Source: Octopus vulgaris (Eukaryota). Taken from it: DNA of 64,000 bases. The stretch covers positions 56,420,001 to 56,484,000 of the forward strand of contig OX597832.1 in assembly GCA_951406725.2 (NCBI GenBank), written 5' to 3'. This document shows, in pieces, positions 36,894 through 51,620 of this stretch. How positions within the stretch are numbered: the first letter of the stretch is position 1; the number at the start of each line of letters is the position of its first letter. Below the pieces are notes generated by a model. That model did not search any database and was not told where the DNA came from. It saw only the letters and a program-made list of their open reading frames with translations. A program made the position numbers and the translations under genes.

Positions 36894-39800
36894 GTACGTT
36901 GTATTTTATGTTTGCTTTCTGCTAAATTTTAACTATTATGAAATATTTCTTTATTTGTTAATAATTTTCGCATCTTTATCCTATAAATTGCAACGTATTT
37001 TATTTTTCCTCTTTTAAGATTTGTCCTACGATCCCCTCGTTAATGTATCGCTAAGGTATTATATTTCATTGAGCTTCAGTGAGACTTGATATATTTTCAA
37101 AGTAATTTTTTATATCTTTTTTCCTAACCGCCTTAATTGGTATTTACGAGGAAAAAATCGTTAGATTCAAGATTAAAATTATGTGAAAATGAAATTAATT
37201 TATTATCCCCACCCTCCAAAATCCAACCTAGATAGAGAAGTACGTTTAAATGTTTGACCTTAATTAGGTAATTTTTATAAATGGTCTCATGCTTTGTAGT
37301 CTTGATGTCATTGCTCCCTCATCGTCCCGTTCGCTTTTAACCTATTGACTGTTTGCTGAAATACCATTATGTCTGTTTAGGACACTCAAAGTAAATGGAT
37401 CTGGGGAAATCAGCTAATTCTAGATGTCATTGAAAACAACCCTGTCCACTTTTACCGTATTCATTGAATGCACATCGATATAGTGTGCAGTGTTTGCAGA
37501 GGTTAAATTTATCTGTATTGTTTTTTTGTTTGTTTGTTTTTGCTAATAATAATAATAATAACAAGAACAAAAAAAAAAAAACCTCATATTTTCACTTCAT
37601 TAAATGAAAATACGTGGACATTGTTTTAATCTTCATTTGTTTCCCGAAAGCGAGCGCTTGATTTCGAGGAAATTTCCTCTGTCGGTTTTCTTCCCTCGTA
37701 ACCTTGACGCTAGCTGAAGCAAGTGAATGAAGGTGAAACAGATCGAAGATGATTTTTGCTTTCACTTTGCTCTGGACAGCTGATACAAAGCTGAACGTTA
37801 GCATCATCTATAATGTCACTTTCTCTATTTCTTAACAATTAATAGATCAGTGATTGGTTTATATTTATATTAATAATTATTATCATCGATATTATCGTTG
37901 TTACTTTTCAGAGCAGGCTCTCGCTGCATTAGCAAATCACTCGACTCCTCACACCCCGTTTATTTTAATATATTTTATCAGTAAATGACATCGACTTACT
38001 GCTTTGCGGGATTATCCGTTAAATATCACTATCAAATTATCTCCGACCCTTAATTTAATATTGCTAATATATTTCGAACTGTCGAGATAAATCAATTGAT
38101 GTTTGTTTTGGTTTATAGAGACACACTGCTTTCCACTATTCTGCAACAGTGCAATAGTAGTTTTCCTACATTTTTAGCCCTCCTGCTCTCATTCCTCCTC
38201 CTCTTAGCCTTTATTCTAAATTTTCATTTCTCCCCTACCAAGATTTTGTTTTCCTTTCGTCCTTAAATTCCTCGATCGCCTATGATCGAACCTGGTTAAG
38301 TAATAAATAACCTGTAGCCCAAACATGTCAAAACCATTTTTCTTTCTTTTTCTCTGTCTTATTTTTTTCCCCTCTTTTATAATAAAACCTTTAAGGATGA
38401 AATATATTGAAAGTGCGAAAGAAGTCTCCTGTTGAAGCTCATTATTAATCCTCTCCTCTTCTCGATTGTTCATGTTTTTGCAATATGGATGGAATCGATA
38501 TACTCCTATTCCTTAACGCTCCTTTCTATTCATAACTGATTCTACTGGCTTCTTTCCCGAGCTTTTATCCATTCTATTTATCGATTTCTATCTAGAAATT
38601 TTCCCTCGGTCTCTCTCTAGCACTCTACGTTACAGCCTTCGTTATTTATATCGTTGTTAAATGCGGTAAAAAATAAATAAATAAATAAAAAACCGTAGCC
38701 AAATGTTGCAATAATAGAATCGATGGATTTACATTACGTGTGGGTTATTCGATTTATATCAAAACTTATCGGTTGGAATAAAGGAGCTGTCGAAACCGCC
38801 AACGTCAGAACACCAGGCGTAAACGTTACGATACAAAAACCAGATATTTATGGTTTCAAATTAAGACAGGTTTTGTAGTCGTTAGATGATGATGATGATC
38901 GTGTGTAGCAGCACCACCTATGCGTGATTCGATCGTGTAGCTAGTCCTTACGGAGATTTGACCTTTTTTTAATTTTTTTTAGTTAATTTCATTTTTTTAG
39001 AAAAATATCGTTTTAGAAATGGTGATGGTTTAATTGGAGTAAAAAATTTTCCTCCTTCTAACATTAACTAAACGCTCATCTCTTTCTCTTTTCTTTCTCT
39101 CTCTCTCTCTCTCCGACTCTACTTAAATGTCATTTTAAAGTAGTTTATTTTCGTGGTTTACTAATCCGTTTAGTTTTGAGTGATTTACATCGTATTTACA
39201 AGATAATTTTATTTTAATAAACTATTTCTCTATCGTATCTTTACTACATTCATCATGCTCATATCTTATCCTATTACTCTCCTCCAATGACGTATTTCTC
39301 ACTTATCCACCCCCATCTCACACACTTATTTCAAACATTACCTAATACTGTCTTGTCTTTTTCTTTTTCTTAATTTCCCCAACATATATTATTTCTTTTT
39401 ATCTTATCTTAAATTATCTATCTTTCCGTCCATCCATCTATCCTTCCACCTATCTATCGAATGTTTTTTTTTTTTTATTTCATTTAAAGGACAAAAAAAA
39501 AAGATGTAATATAACATGCTTTCGTTAAATGTCATCTCTTGGTATCCTTCTTAATTCTGTTGATCGGCACATTTTTTTTTTTTATCTTATCTTATCGTAA
39601 GAGAACATCGCTGCGAGCTGGTTGACCTAGTTTGTTTTAGAGCTTGGGTCACTGCACTGGAAAGGTCATTTCTCTACACCACACGATTTTATTTTAGCTA
39701 TTCGAAATTCTGAAACCAATTTCTAATCGATAGATAGCATTTCGGTTAATAAGGCTTTAATAGTTATTTCTACTACAGGCACAAGACCTGTAGCTTGACG

Positions 39801-42449
39801 GGGGAGGGTCGAGATGGTTACACCAACGTCAAATCTTAGCTGATACTTCATCGATTTCGAGACGACGAATGGCAAAGTCGACCTCGGCGGCATTTGAACT
39901 CAGAACATAAAATAACGGCGTGCTAGCTATTATGATAGCTCGCCACCTTAACACTTTCATAATAACACCAATATGTATAACAAGGTTAAACTTAGAAATT
40001 ACAATTCCGTTTTCATTTTGGTTTACAATTATGTTTTCTTTTGACACATTCTACCAGTATACGAAGTTTCAAATTGTTTAGTTAACTAGGAAAATCTGGC
40101 TTTCAAAAGGAAAAGATCCATATATAATGGATTGTGGTATTTAAAAATCATATGTAGATCTTCGTGTATCAGCCACTCTATATTATATTTGATTTTAACA
40201 GGAAAAAAAAATGGGGTGCGACTTATAACACGAGTAAATACAGTATATGTTTATGAATTCGGTCTCTCAAATAAACGGTTCACTGTTTTAGCGCAATCGT
40301 TTAGTTGATTGTTACTTTAAAGCCCAAAGGGAACTGTTTCAGAAAGTCCCTCCACCCCGACTTCCCCATTATCAGTTAATCAAAAGAAAACCCACTCTAG
40401 CGCGCACGCGTGTGTCTATCTGTTAAAATTGCTGTTTATCAGTGTAGTGTAAAGAAGTGAGAAAATAGATAAAACAGGGTTGTTGTGTGTTTTTTTTTAA
40501 TGCAGAATAATAATAGGTTCTGGAAGAACATAATGTCGTTTTAAAAACTTCAAAAGGTTATAGAGTAACCAGAAACAATAATTAAGTTAATGATAATCAT
40601 AAAATATAAATGCATTAAAACGCTAATTGTGTTGCAGAATAACTATTTAAACAATTGTTAGTTGCTTATGTAAAGAGAGAGAGAGAGAAACCTTGTAAAA
40701 CCAGTTTAAGACAAGCTTTAATTCTCACTCGAAGGGTCGATAGAGTTCTTTATCTTTGTCTAACATCGATCTTTTATTATAATTTTGTTTTGTCCTTTTT
40801 TCCACGTTTGAATATTTTATTAATTTTGAACGAAACGTAATTAACTGAACTTTCGTCTGCTAGCTTCTGCTATTAAAAAATTTTCGTTCGCGAGGTACTG
40901 TGTCAAATCAAAATTCTTGACCTTTTGAGGTGAATTTCGAGGGGCTGAAGGACAACCATTTGAATTATTTTAACATTATTGCGTTGCTGAAGACTGCGAT
41001 TTTGGATTTGCCATTCCGTTTTCTTAGCCTATATCTATCTATCTATTTCATGGGTGGGCAACCTTTATCAAGAAGCGGTCCGCATGAGGCATGGCTCATC
41101 AGTAGGTGGGGCGCAGTTTTCCCGTGAATGCTATATACGGACCAACTAGAAGTTTTCTTAACTGGGGTTAGGTTTTATTGAGTGAAGAAAAATCTTGAGG
41201 GAGAGATATGTCAGTCATAACAAACCGATTTAACAGAAATTGTTGCCGATTTGCCCTAAAATCACTCTTGACTATCTCAAACAAATAACTCTTAAAAGGA
41301 AGAGATAGTCACGGTTGGCAGGCCTTGATTTTTTTGCCCGCTCGATCAGTACTCACTTGGGTTATAAATAACACATTGATTTCATAGAAATCTAAATAGG
41401 TTTAGAAGCTTATTTGAATAAATAAGTCTTAGAGGACCTTAAGTGACATTGTTTTAAATGTGTTGTACAGTTGAGCATAAATGATCTGATAGTTAAGCAA
41501 CACCAGGGAAAATATTTCTTTCTTTTACTATGTGAACCAACTTATCTGAGATTATTGAGAAGACGACACTGCTTCACCGAACTTAATGATTTTAATAGAA
41601 GCAGGTTTAATCGCGTTTCACTCCCGTGTTCATATCCCTGTCGAGTCGACCTTGTCTTTCGCACCTCCAAGGTCGATAAAATAAGAATTAGATACCATCG
41701 ACTGACGCCCCCACCTCCACACACCAAAATACACAGACATACAAAAATTAGCCTTATGTCTAATTACCCAAATGTGTTGTTATTATTAGCACTGCTGCGT
41801 CACTGAACACCAAGGCTTTGGTTTCGCTCCTCGGTATTGTCACATTCCTGTCAGTACTTGTTCAGTTCATCCAGAGAATATATACATATAATTAGGCTGT
41901 GTGGCAGATATGAAAAATATTATTTTAAATTGTACCTTTTAATCGTATTTACCTTTTCTGTCGTGACGACAGATGTTCTATCGTAATGACAGATGTTTTT
42001 TTTTTATCTCTCTCTCACTCAAATAATCCCTGTTTTAACAATTTTATTATGATTTAAATACCTGGAAGTGGATTAAAGATTAGCGACAAATTAACTATTT
42101 TAAGGGGAACTAAAATACGAAGGTGATATGAATTGAAGATATCGGCTTATATAATTAAAAAGAAAAAGAAAAAAGAACTTAACGCAATTAATTGTTTTAC
42201 GAGTAGCGAGTGGCCTGTACTTTATCAGCAACTAACAACAGATATTTCAATTTCCAGCGTTAACGTCTCTAATCTGTTAAAATAGAGTTAAGTAGATTCG
42301 ATGCCAGGTAGGACGGTTTCTAACTGGTTTTTCCCAAACTAATGAATGATTGATGATAATAATAATATTAAAGACAAACGTGTGTATGCTCAGAAATACG
42401 TACGCGCATTATACATACATATACCTTTATACACACACACACACATTTA

Positions 42450-42496
<47 letters not shown>

Positions 42497-42557
42497 AATG
42501 CAAATAAGTTAATGTTCACTACAGCTATTTCAGACGCGTTTTTATTGATTGTACTTG

Positions 42558-42629
<72 letters not shown>

Positions 42630-43079
42630 TGTTATATGAGGTTATATAACAAAATGAACCCAGCTCACAATATAACGAGGTTGGCAAATGTAAGAAGAAA
42701 GTGTAACATTTGTGAGATGTGTTTTAATGCTGTCGTGCTGAGGTCTAGTCAACCACTCTGGTGTTGGTGCCGCAAGAAAATGCACCCAGAATACTCTGTA
42801 GAGTGGTTGACGGGTTCTAACGGCATCCTATCGTAGAAACTGATTCAAATAGCACATGCTAGCATCAGTCTTTGAGAGCTACCGCTCCCCCAAAATATAT
42901 AAACTCGGACCGCCACGACCATCTGGCCCATACTAGCATGGAAAGCGGACGTTAAATGATTAGATAGATAGATAGATAGATAGACATTTGTTGCTAAATT
43001 TGCAACTTTAGTTACAAATAAACTAAAATATATAACGGATCATTTTAAGATTTTTCCGAATGAGACGAAACACTCAATG

Positions 43080-43115
<36 letters not shown>

Positions 43116-43483
43116 ATGTTAGAAAATACACCCGACTATTAATTTAAATATTATAGACTCTGCATTCTAGTATTGAGTCTTACTGTTAATACCTTTATCC
43201 CTGTTATACACACACCTGAAAATTTGCGTGTGGGTGTGTAACTACCTATATGTGACATGAGGTACATTACTCTGCGTATATACACACACACACACGCATA
43301 AGAGAGATTTGAACTCGTTACTAAGTGGTTAGTAGATGAGTGGCTTCACATCTGTTGCATGATTTTGCATGCGTACGCACAGACACATAGATAAGTGTCG
43401 CCATTAAGTTACATAAGTAGACGTGTGCGTGTATAAATATATATGTGTGTGTATGTGTGTACTTTAAAAGCAGCAGAAAATAT

Positions 43484-43537
43484 AACAAAAGCTGTAACTC
43501 AGAGTTTCACGTTCCCGTTCATCGGACAGGTTTTGTT
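43484..43537 (-). ncRNA. Type-I hammerhead ribozyme motif (U4C core) in element ~43465-43645
   Basis: Minus strand AACAAAACCTGT-CCGATGA-ACG-GGAA-CGT-GAAA-CTCTGAG-TT-ACAGCTTTTGTT: 11/12-bp stem I. Confidence 0.7.
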
Positions 43538-43717
43538 CTGAGCAACACCTTTTATATTTTCTGCTGCTTTCAAATCATATTACTCTATCTCTAATATTTG
43601 AGTACTCTTTTTTCCTCCTTGTTTCACATCTATGTGCTTACACTGGTGTGTGTGTGTGTGTGTGTATATATATATCAAGTGGCCAGCATGGAAAAAATAA
43701 CCTTCAAAGGTAATAAT

Positions 43718-43997
43718 TATTAAAATTATAAATTAGGGTATATACGAGATACCAACATGCTGAAAATAGCAGCCATGATCCGACTCTAAAACCACTTTAA
43801 GTTTTCATATAGCAACATGGAAAGAAGACAAAGCGACAAGATGAAACTAGTAAAATTATCCAGTAATTTTTTTACTAGTTTTATCGTCTCTTTGTCTTCT
43901 CTCCATGTTGCTATATGAAAATTTAAGGTGGTTTTAGAGTCGGATCATGGCTGCTATTTTCAGCATGGTGGTATCTCGTAAATACCCTAATTTATAA

Positions 43998-44005
<8 letters not shown>
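43718..44005. repeat. Long inverted repeat (foldback/MITE-like), ~140-bp arms
   Basis: TATTAAAATTATAAATTAGGGTA... mirrored by ...TACCCTAATTTATAATTTTAATA; centre ~43860; abuts (TA)n. Confidence 0.9.
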
Positions 44006-44048
<43 letters not shown>

Positions 44049-45479
44049 CCTCAGATACAAACGCGCACACACATACACATACACACATGTTCTCTCACTC
44101 ACTTCCTCCTCATCCACTTCACCCTCTTGTGCTGTCTTGTTCCTCCCCACCACTACGAAACTCTATAAAATGATTAAAATTCCCCACAAAGGAATTATTT
44201 TGATTTGAAAACCCCACTAGAATGGGAGAAAGCGCTAAGATCTGAATGATATGATATATATATGTAAAAAATGTAATATATAAATAAATATCTGTAAATA
44301 TGAACCATCCGATCTTCTGATTACCTCATTTCTTCTAATATATATATATTAGTGTAAGGATACAATAATTAGATACATACTTATTGTGTATGTATGATAG
44401 GACATACACGAATATGTATGTTTATACATATCCGTCCAATCCATACCACCAGGGAAATTGGATGTAAAATGACAATGACGGTGATCTCTCTTTCTATCGC
44501 AAAACACAAACAACCGTCATTGGTAGTACGTTGATAGTTGAATGTACGACTTAAGCCCTCAAATAATCTGACCCATCCATGCAAAATAGAAACCACTGAC
44601 AACTGTAGGTAGTGGCAGCACTCTAAAACTGCCGAGTGCTGTTCTAGTTGCTTGCTGACCTGATTAAATGTCCCGTTTGAACTTTTGGACAATCCGGAGA
44701 CGAGGTGTGACCTTGAGAGTGAAATCTTTGTAATGTCTAACATTGAGATAAATTAAAATTTTATTTTTACTATTTCATTTTATTGTTATTAGTGTTGTTA
44801 TTATGATAATTTTATTTTTATGGTAACTTATTTTCGAATATTCTTTTGAGATTAAGAATATTTTTATTGAATACAATTAAGAAATTTCGGTAACTAATAT
44901 AAATTTATTTAAAGTCGCTCAGCGAATTTCGCAATCATTTGGAGTTATCTCCCCTGTTCAACAGTCAGCTTTTAACCATTACATTACACGGCATAGTAAT
45001 AAGCCTGCAATATACAAAGACGCATACGTACACACACACATCACCACACATACGCACACGAAGACTTTTGACTAAACAGTTTTCGAGTCCTGAGATCGAT
45101 AAAATATGACCCAATAGAACTCTGAAGTCGATTCAATCGATTATGTCAAAATTCTTTAAAAAATTGAAACGAAAGCTGTTGATTCGATTAAAATCATTCA
45201 CCTTAGCTCTAGGCGACACCAGTGCCGTCCGGTTTCGTTTTTCTGACGCTAATTCACTTTTCCATATACATCTAATACTATTTGGAAATGCATGAACGTC
45301 ACAACCTAACCATTTTTATACTTTTCAAAAAAATATGTCTCGGAGCAAAAAAATAAAAACAAAAACAGGTTATTACAAAGTTAGAAATATGATATCCAAG
45401 GTCAAAACAATCTGTATTATAATTAAAGAAAACATTAGTGTTATTAATTAATTAATACACTTGAAACGTTATCAGGCGT

Positions 45480-46400
45480 TCAGAGCTCTCAGCCTTCTAC
45501 CAGTCGGGTGATGTGACCAGAGGAGATTCCATGTTAACTTTCGGTGGGATTAATGGGAAGACACAGCAACAAATGTTCTCAGGGGAATCCCTGGGTACTG
45601 ACAAGGATCAACTGGGTTGTCTGTTCCGAAAACTTAAAATAACTTCAAGAAATTCCTGGCCTAGCAATGTTAACAATGGGCATGGCTGGTTTGTGATAGA
45701 TAGACTCAATAGTACCATGGCTCAGTAGTACCTATTTCTTTATTACCCACAAGGGGCTAAACACAGAGGGGACAAACAAGGACAGACATGGGTATTACGT
45801 CGACCCCAGTGCGTAATTGGTACTTAATTTATCGATCCCGAAAGGATGAAAGGTAAAGTCGACCTCGGCGGAATTTGAACTCAGAACGTAACGGCAGACG
45901 AAATACCGCTAAGCATTTCGCCTGGCGTGCTAACGTTTCTGCCAGCTCGCCGCCTTACCGTGAGCCGGACTTGTCTCAGATGGGAGCAGAGCAGAGCATG
46001 TACTCATTTGGCTGGCACTTTCATGTCCTGCTCGTACTTACTTAGCTGGTACACATGCCCTCCACTCCCCATTCAGCGTGGTACAAGCATTGCTGACGTG
46101 TTTTGTCGAGCTATTTGTATCGCGGATATAACGTATCCAGCAATCGACCGATTTTATCGTGATGATGACTCGGCCTCCTTCCTTTAATCGAGAAAGACAT
46201 GCAGATTTCCTCTGTCTGATGGCTTTTTCCAAAAGAGGTGTAATAGACACGATTAAAACCCCTGACTGGGGACAGACAATTTCCTCTATCGACGTTTCTT
46301 CAGTTCCCCTTGATGACAATGATGAAGGATAAATTTGTTGAAAGGGTGCTGGGAATTTTGATCATGGCTCAAGTGAACGAACGTATTTCCAGCATGTCCC
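45480..46400 (+). mobile_element. Decayed L1/Tx1-like LINE ORF2 C-terminal region, interrupted by SINE B (~45733-45955, -)
   Basis: Fragments GESLGTDKDQLGCLF, NFKKFLA*QC, VSRTCLRWEQ, PPSFNRERHADFLCLMA resemble the Tx1-type ORF2 tail from recollection. Confidence 0.55.
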
Positions 46401-47351
46401 TATACACAGGGAACCTCCACTTGGTAGCCAGGATAATTTTATATCCGAGAGGGTATTTGGTTGCTCTTAGACGAAGCGCCTTCCCTCAAGTCTCATATAT
46501 TTGTTTAACTCCATCGCCATTTCTTTATTGATTGGCTTCCTCACCAATATCCCATCGTCGGTCGCCTATTTGGCCGAATCGTTAGAGCGTTCGGACAAAA
46601 ATACCTTGCTGTATTTGCTCCGGCTCTTTACTTCGCGAGTTCAAATTCCGCCGAGGTTAATTTTCGCCTTTCGCCCTTTCGGGATTGGTAAAAATAAGGT
46701 ACCAGTCATGTACTGGGGTCGATAATATCGACCTAACTCTTCCTATAAACTGCTGACCTTGTACCTAAACCAGCTGCTGCTACTACAACTACTACTACTA
46801 CTACTACTTAATATTTAAGCTTGTTCTCTGTCTCCTCAAAAATTGCGAAAAGTAACATTTGAAATTAAATATTTATATATATATATTTTTTTTTATGACA
46901 AACTTAGCTTTTTATCGGCGAATTCCGTCTCTCGGTACACATTCGTCAAATCGTTTATTGAAGACTACCGTACTTATTAGAAAGTTATTAAGGACGATGG
47001 ACGGAAAATAGCGGGCGAAAAAAAAAATTAAAAGCCCAAATACTTTGCGATATGTAATTATGTACCTTCGAGTTCAACTCCTACAGAAAGCTATCTTCGT
47101 GTTTCTTCTTACATCACTCAATATAATCGATGATGCGCCGCCATTAAAATATTTGACCTTCTACTTTCGCTGAAAAACAAGGAAAAGTCATCAATTTTTA
47201 AAGAAGGTTTTCGGCTATCGACGTGGGAGAGAGTCAGATGAAATCCATTGGGTTTCTCTTCCATTCCGACATCAACTTTACTTATTATTCTTCTTGTGCT
47301 AATATTAAAAAATCATCATCGTCATTATCATCATTATTATTATTATTATTA

Positions 47352-47750
47352 AGGCGGCGAACTGTCAGAGTCGTTAGCACGCCGGGTGAAATGCTTAGCG
47401 GTGTTTCGTCTGCCGCTACGTTCTGAGTTCAAATTGCGCCGAGGTCGACTTTGCCTTTCATCCTTTCGTGGTCGGTTATATAAGTACCAGTTACGCACTG
47501 GGGTCGATATAATTGACTTAATCCATTTGTCTGTCCTTGTTTGTCCCCTCTGTGTTTAGCCCCTTGTGGGTAGCAAAGAAATAGGTATTTCGTCTGCCGC
47601 TACGTTCTGAGTCCAAATTGTACCGAGGTCGACTTTGCCTTTCATCCTTTCAGGGTCGATAAATTAAGTACCAGTTACGCACTGGGATCGATATAATCGA
47701 CTAGCCCCCTTCCCCCAAAATTTTCAAGACCTTGTGCCAAGAGTAGAAAT
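47352..47750 (+). mobile_element. SINE family B with duplicated 3' unit
   Basis: Junction ...GCAAAGAAATA-GGTATTTCGTCTGCCGC at ~47582. Confidence 0.85.
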
Positions 47751-48099
47751 AATAATTATTATTAACAGTATTTCTCTCGTTGTGTGTGTGTGTGTGTGGT
47801 TGTGTGGTAAGAAGCTTCCTTTCCCTGTGTAAGGCCTTATGGCCAATATAATGAAATAAAGAAGTTTTCTTCCCAGCCATATGGTTCCGCGTGGCACCTT
47901 AGGCAAGTGTCTTCTACTATACCCTCAGGCTAACCAAAGCTTTATGAGTGGATTTGGTAGACGGAAACTGAAAGAAGCCCGTCGTGTTTGTATGTGTGTG
48001 ATGGAAACCAAAGAGTGGATGGCTGCATGGAAAGCATGTGTCCCATTGAGGCCTAATTCTGCTTTTATGTAACCATGGGTCAATATCGTTATTATTATA

Positions 48100-48720
48100 A
48101 AAGTTGCGAGCTGCTAGAATCCTTACAGCGTCGGAAAAAATTCTCTGCGTTAAATACTCGTTCTCTTCAAATTCTGAGTTCAAATCGCGCCGAAGTCGCC
48201 TTTCTCTTTCTAAAGTACCAGTCAAGTACTAGGGTCGATATAACCCCATACCCTAAAAACTGATGGCCTTGTGCCAAAATTTAAGATGGCAACTGTTAGA
48301 ATCGTTAGCATGCCGGACAAAATGCTTAGCGGCATTTCGTCCGTCTTTAGGTTCTCAGTTCAAATTCTGTCGACTTTGCTTTTCATCCTTTCGGGGTCAA
48401 TAAATTATGTAGCAGTTGAGCACTGGGGTCGATAACCCCCCTTTCCAGAATTTCAGGCTTTGTGCCTTTAGCAGGTAGGATTATTAAAGGCGGCAAGCTG
48501 GCAGAACTCGTTACCGCGCCGAACAAAAAAGCTTAGAGATATTTCTTCCTGCTCTTTACGTTCTGAGTTCAAATCCCGCCTAAATCCTCTTTCTCTTTTT
48601 TTTTTCTTTCGGGGTCGAAAAACTTAAAATACCAGTTAAGTACGGTGATCTATGTAATTGACTAACTCCTCTTCATAAAATTTCTGGCCTTGTGCCTTTA
48701 GTAGAAAGAATTATTATTTG
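48100..48720 (+). mobile_element. Head-to-tail cluster of three diverged SINE B copies
   Basis: Three GC(G/A)AGCTG...GAATCGTTA heads, each followed by GTTCAAAT and GGGGTCGA motifs. Similar clusters at 53200-53650 and 54270-54795. Confidence 0.7.
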
Positions 48721-49687
48721 TTTGCTGGTGTAGGTTGGGGGCCACGTTAGAAACTAGGAACTCTATAATGAATGTAAATCTTAGGTCTTATTAAACAAAA
48801 CATGACTCATTGACCCGGTAGATTCATTTTCCTTAAAGCCTGCTAAAAGCGATTAACTATTGTATTTGTAAATTACAATAAATCGTCTTATTACATCACA
48901 AACACATTTCGTCTTTTCATTCAATTCTACCTCGAAGATTAAATTGGATTGAGACGAACAAAGGAAGATTATTTAAAAGTGGAGAACGTTAGCTCAGTAT
49001 CACAGATGGTTGGACTTCTATAAAACCAGGGCAGAATAAAGCAATATCAAGGATGAGGTGATAGAAAAGAAAATTAGACCAAAGCACAAGTGTAGCTGAG
49101 CGGTTCAGAAGTCCGCTTTGCAACCACGTGATTTCTGGTTCAGTCCCACTGCGCGGCACGCTTTGCAATTATCTTCTGCTATCGCACCAGACCGACCATT
49201 GCTTTATCAGTGACTTTTGGAGACAGAAATTTCGTGAAAGCCCGTTAAGATTCGAGCGAGGTTGTTACCAATACCTCCTGACTGTGCCCCGTGTCGGTGG
49301 CACGTAAAAAGCACCCACTACACTCTCGGAGTGGCTGGCGTTAGGAAGGGCATCCAGCTGTAGAAACTCTGCCAGATCAAGATTGGAGCCTGGTGCAGCC
49401 ATCTGGTTCGCCAGTCCTCAGTCAAAACCGTCCGACCCATGCTAGTATGGAAAGCGGACGTTAAACGATGATGTTGATTATGTATATGGTAAGAGGGCGC
49501 CCAACGCTTAACAGCCAGTGTTCGTTTATTTACGTCCCCGAAACTTAGCAGTCCGGCAAAACAGACCGATAGTATGAGTACCAGACTATAAAAAAACCCA
49601 TGGCACCTTGGGCAAGAGTCTTCTATAGCCTTCAGCCGACCAAAGCCTTGTGAGTGGATTTGGTAGACGGAAACTGAAAGAAGCCCG

Positions 49688-49728
<41 letters not shown>

Positions 49729-50038
49729 TGTGTGTCTGTCCCCCCACCATCGCTTGACAACCGATGCTGGTGTGTTTACGTCTCCCTAACTTAGCGGTTC
49801 GGCAAAAGAGACCGATAGAATAAGTACTAAACCTTACAAAGAATAAGTCCTGGGGTCGATTTGTTGGACTAAAGGAGGTGTTCCAGCATGGCCGAAATCA
49901 AATGACTTAAAAGAAAAAAGAATCACTTTTTTTTTACCTGAGGCAAATAAAGATGAAAATACCCTGATGTCGAACAAGGGAAATAACTCTAACATTACAT
50001 TACCCGCAAACTTGTTGATAACTTCTAATATTTTTTTC

Positions 50039-50076
<38 letters not shown>

Positions 50077-51254
50077 TTGACTCGTTCTGTAAAATGTCTG
50101 CTGGTACCATGAGACGGACTGACAAGCCTTTTTAGATATTTTTGTTACTTTCAGTTGGCATATGATATCACTATTCTATTAAAACAATTTTAAGTTGAAA
50201 TAACTTCAAACAATATACTAAAGGCGGCGAGCTGGCAGAATCGTTAGCACGCCGGGAAAATGGTAAAGACGTTACCTCAGAAGATAACGAGGGAGACATT
50301 TGGTATTTCGAAGCAGCATATAGTGTAATGGACTAGATTAGATAGATATTTAAGCGTTTCCATTCTGAATTCAGCTGGAGCCAATTCGGTCCTCTTCTGA
50401 TAAAAATAAAATAATATACGGCGCAATAAGGAGTTGTTTGCACGCTTTTTGAGTACCTTGTAGTTATGTAGAAGACATCATTACATTCAGCTGTGGCATT
50501 GTGACCTTAAGCAAGACATATTACTATGTTATTTTTTTTATCTGAACCAATGAGGGAATTTCTATATGGTCAATCGACCTGCGAGAGAAGCCAGCCAAAT
50601 CTCCCTCAGGTAACACTAAAACATCTTTAAAAAATCTTTGGATAATAATAATGATAATAATAACGTAGTCCTAGATACAATATCTCTGAATAAAAGATGG
50701 TTATGATCGTTATATTTGTCTGTTTAGAAAGAATTCTGTATTTCTTTACTTCATAATGAAATAATTTGATTTTAATGAAGTTTATGTAACAGTGAAAGTG
50801 ACTTATTTTCTTAAAAATCAATCAGCAATTATTGGTCTTATTTCTTATCATCACTGACAGTCGTTAGCGCGCCAGACAAAATGCCAAGCGGCATCTCTTC
50901 TGGCTCTCAGCATTCTTAGTTCAAATTCCGTTGAAGTTGACTTAGTCCTCCACCCTTTCAGGGCCAATAAAATAAGTCCTAGTCATATACTGAGGTCGAT
51001 GTAATCGCCCCCCCCCCCACCATCAAAGTTGCTGGTTTTGTGCCTATATAAGAAAGAATTGTTAGCACGGACAACAAAGTTGAAATTTCGGGATTGACTT
51101 CAACATTCCATTCAATGGCAAAGATCAATTTCCTTCAAGACCCTCTCGTTCAACTTTCTCTTTTCAATTTCTTTCGTTTACAGAAACACTAATAAGTTTA
51201 GGAGTAAAAAAAGGATTGTTATCCCCAGACAAAATAAAACATTAAGCGTGTCAA

Positions 51255-51620
51255 ATATTTGGTTGATGAGGCCCTTGTCAAGAGATGGCCCGTGGCTTGT
51301 TTCCCTATTGAAGTTGGCTACCACAGATTTCCAGCTAAATCGTTGCGCTTTTTTCTGCAGAAGATTGATCTGGTACTTAACTTGAGAAAGCCACCAAGGA
51401 AATAAGCATGACAGCTGACACTAGCTCAAGGTGGCTGTGGTTGTCAGGAGATCAAAGGTGGAACCTTTCGTGCAGGCGAAGACTAATTCAGTCCTCGTTA
51501 CTCTTCTGGCGCGAAGCGTACAAGCTACGGGGCGAAATGTTTGCGACCCTGAGATAACCTGATGACGATATGAAAGGGTTTCCAACATTGCACTGGATTT
51601 AGAAGAGCTTGCAAGACTGA
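51255..51620 (+). mobile_element. Decayed HERO-like RLE non-LTR 3' end
   Basis: LVDEALVKRWPVACFPIEVGYHRFPAKSLRFFLQKID ... KATKEISMTADTSSRWLWLSGDQRW (FPIEVG.RGF...SRWLW motif). Confidence 0.75.

Noticed and set aside
51528-51570. GGGGCGAAA...CTGATGA in the HERO-like 3' UTR as a type-II hammerhead
   Set aside because: Stem II cannot pair and no NUH site is flanked by stems.
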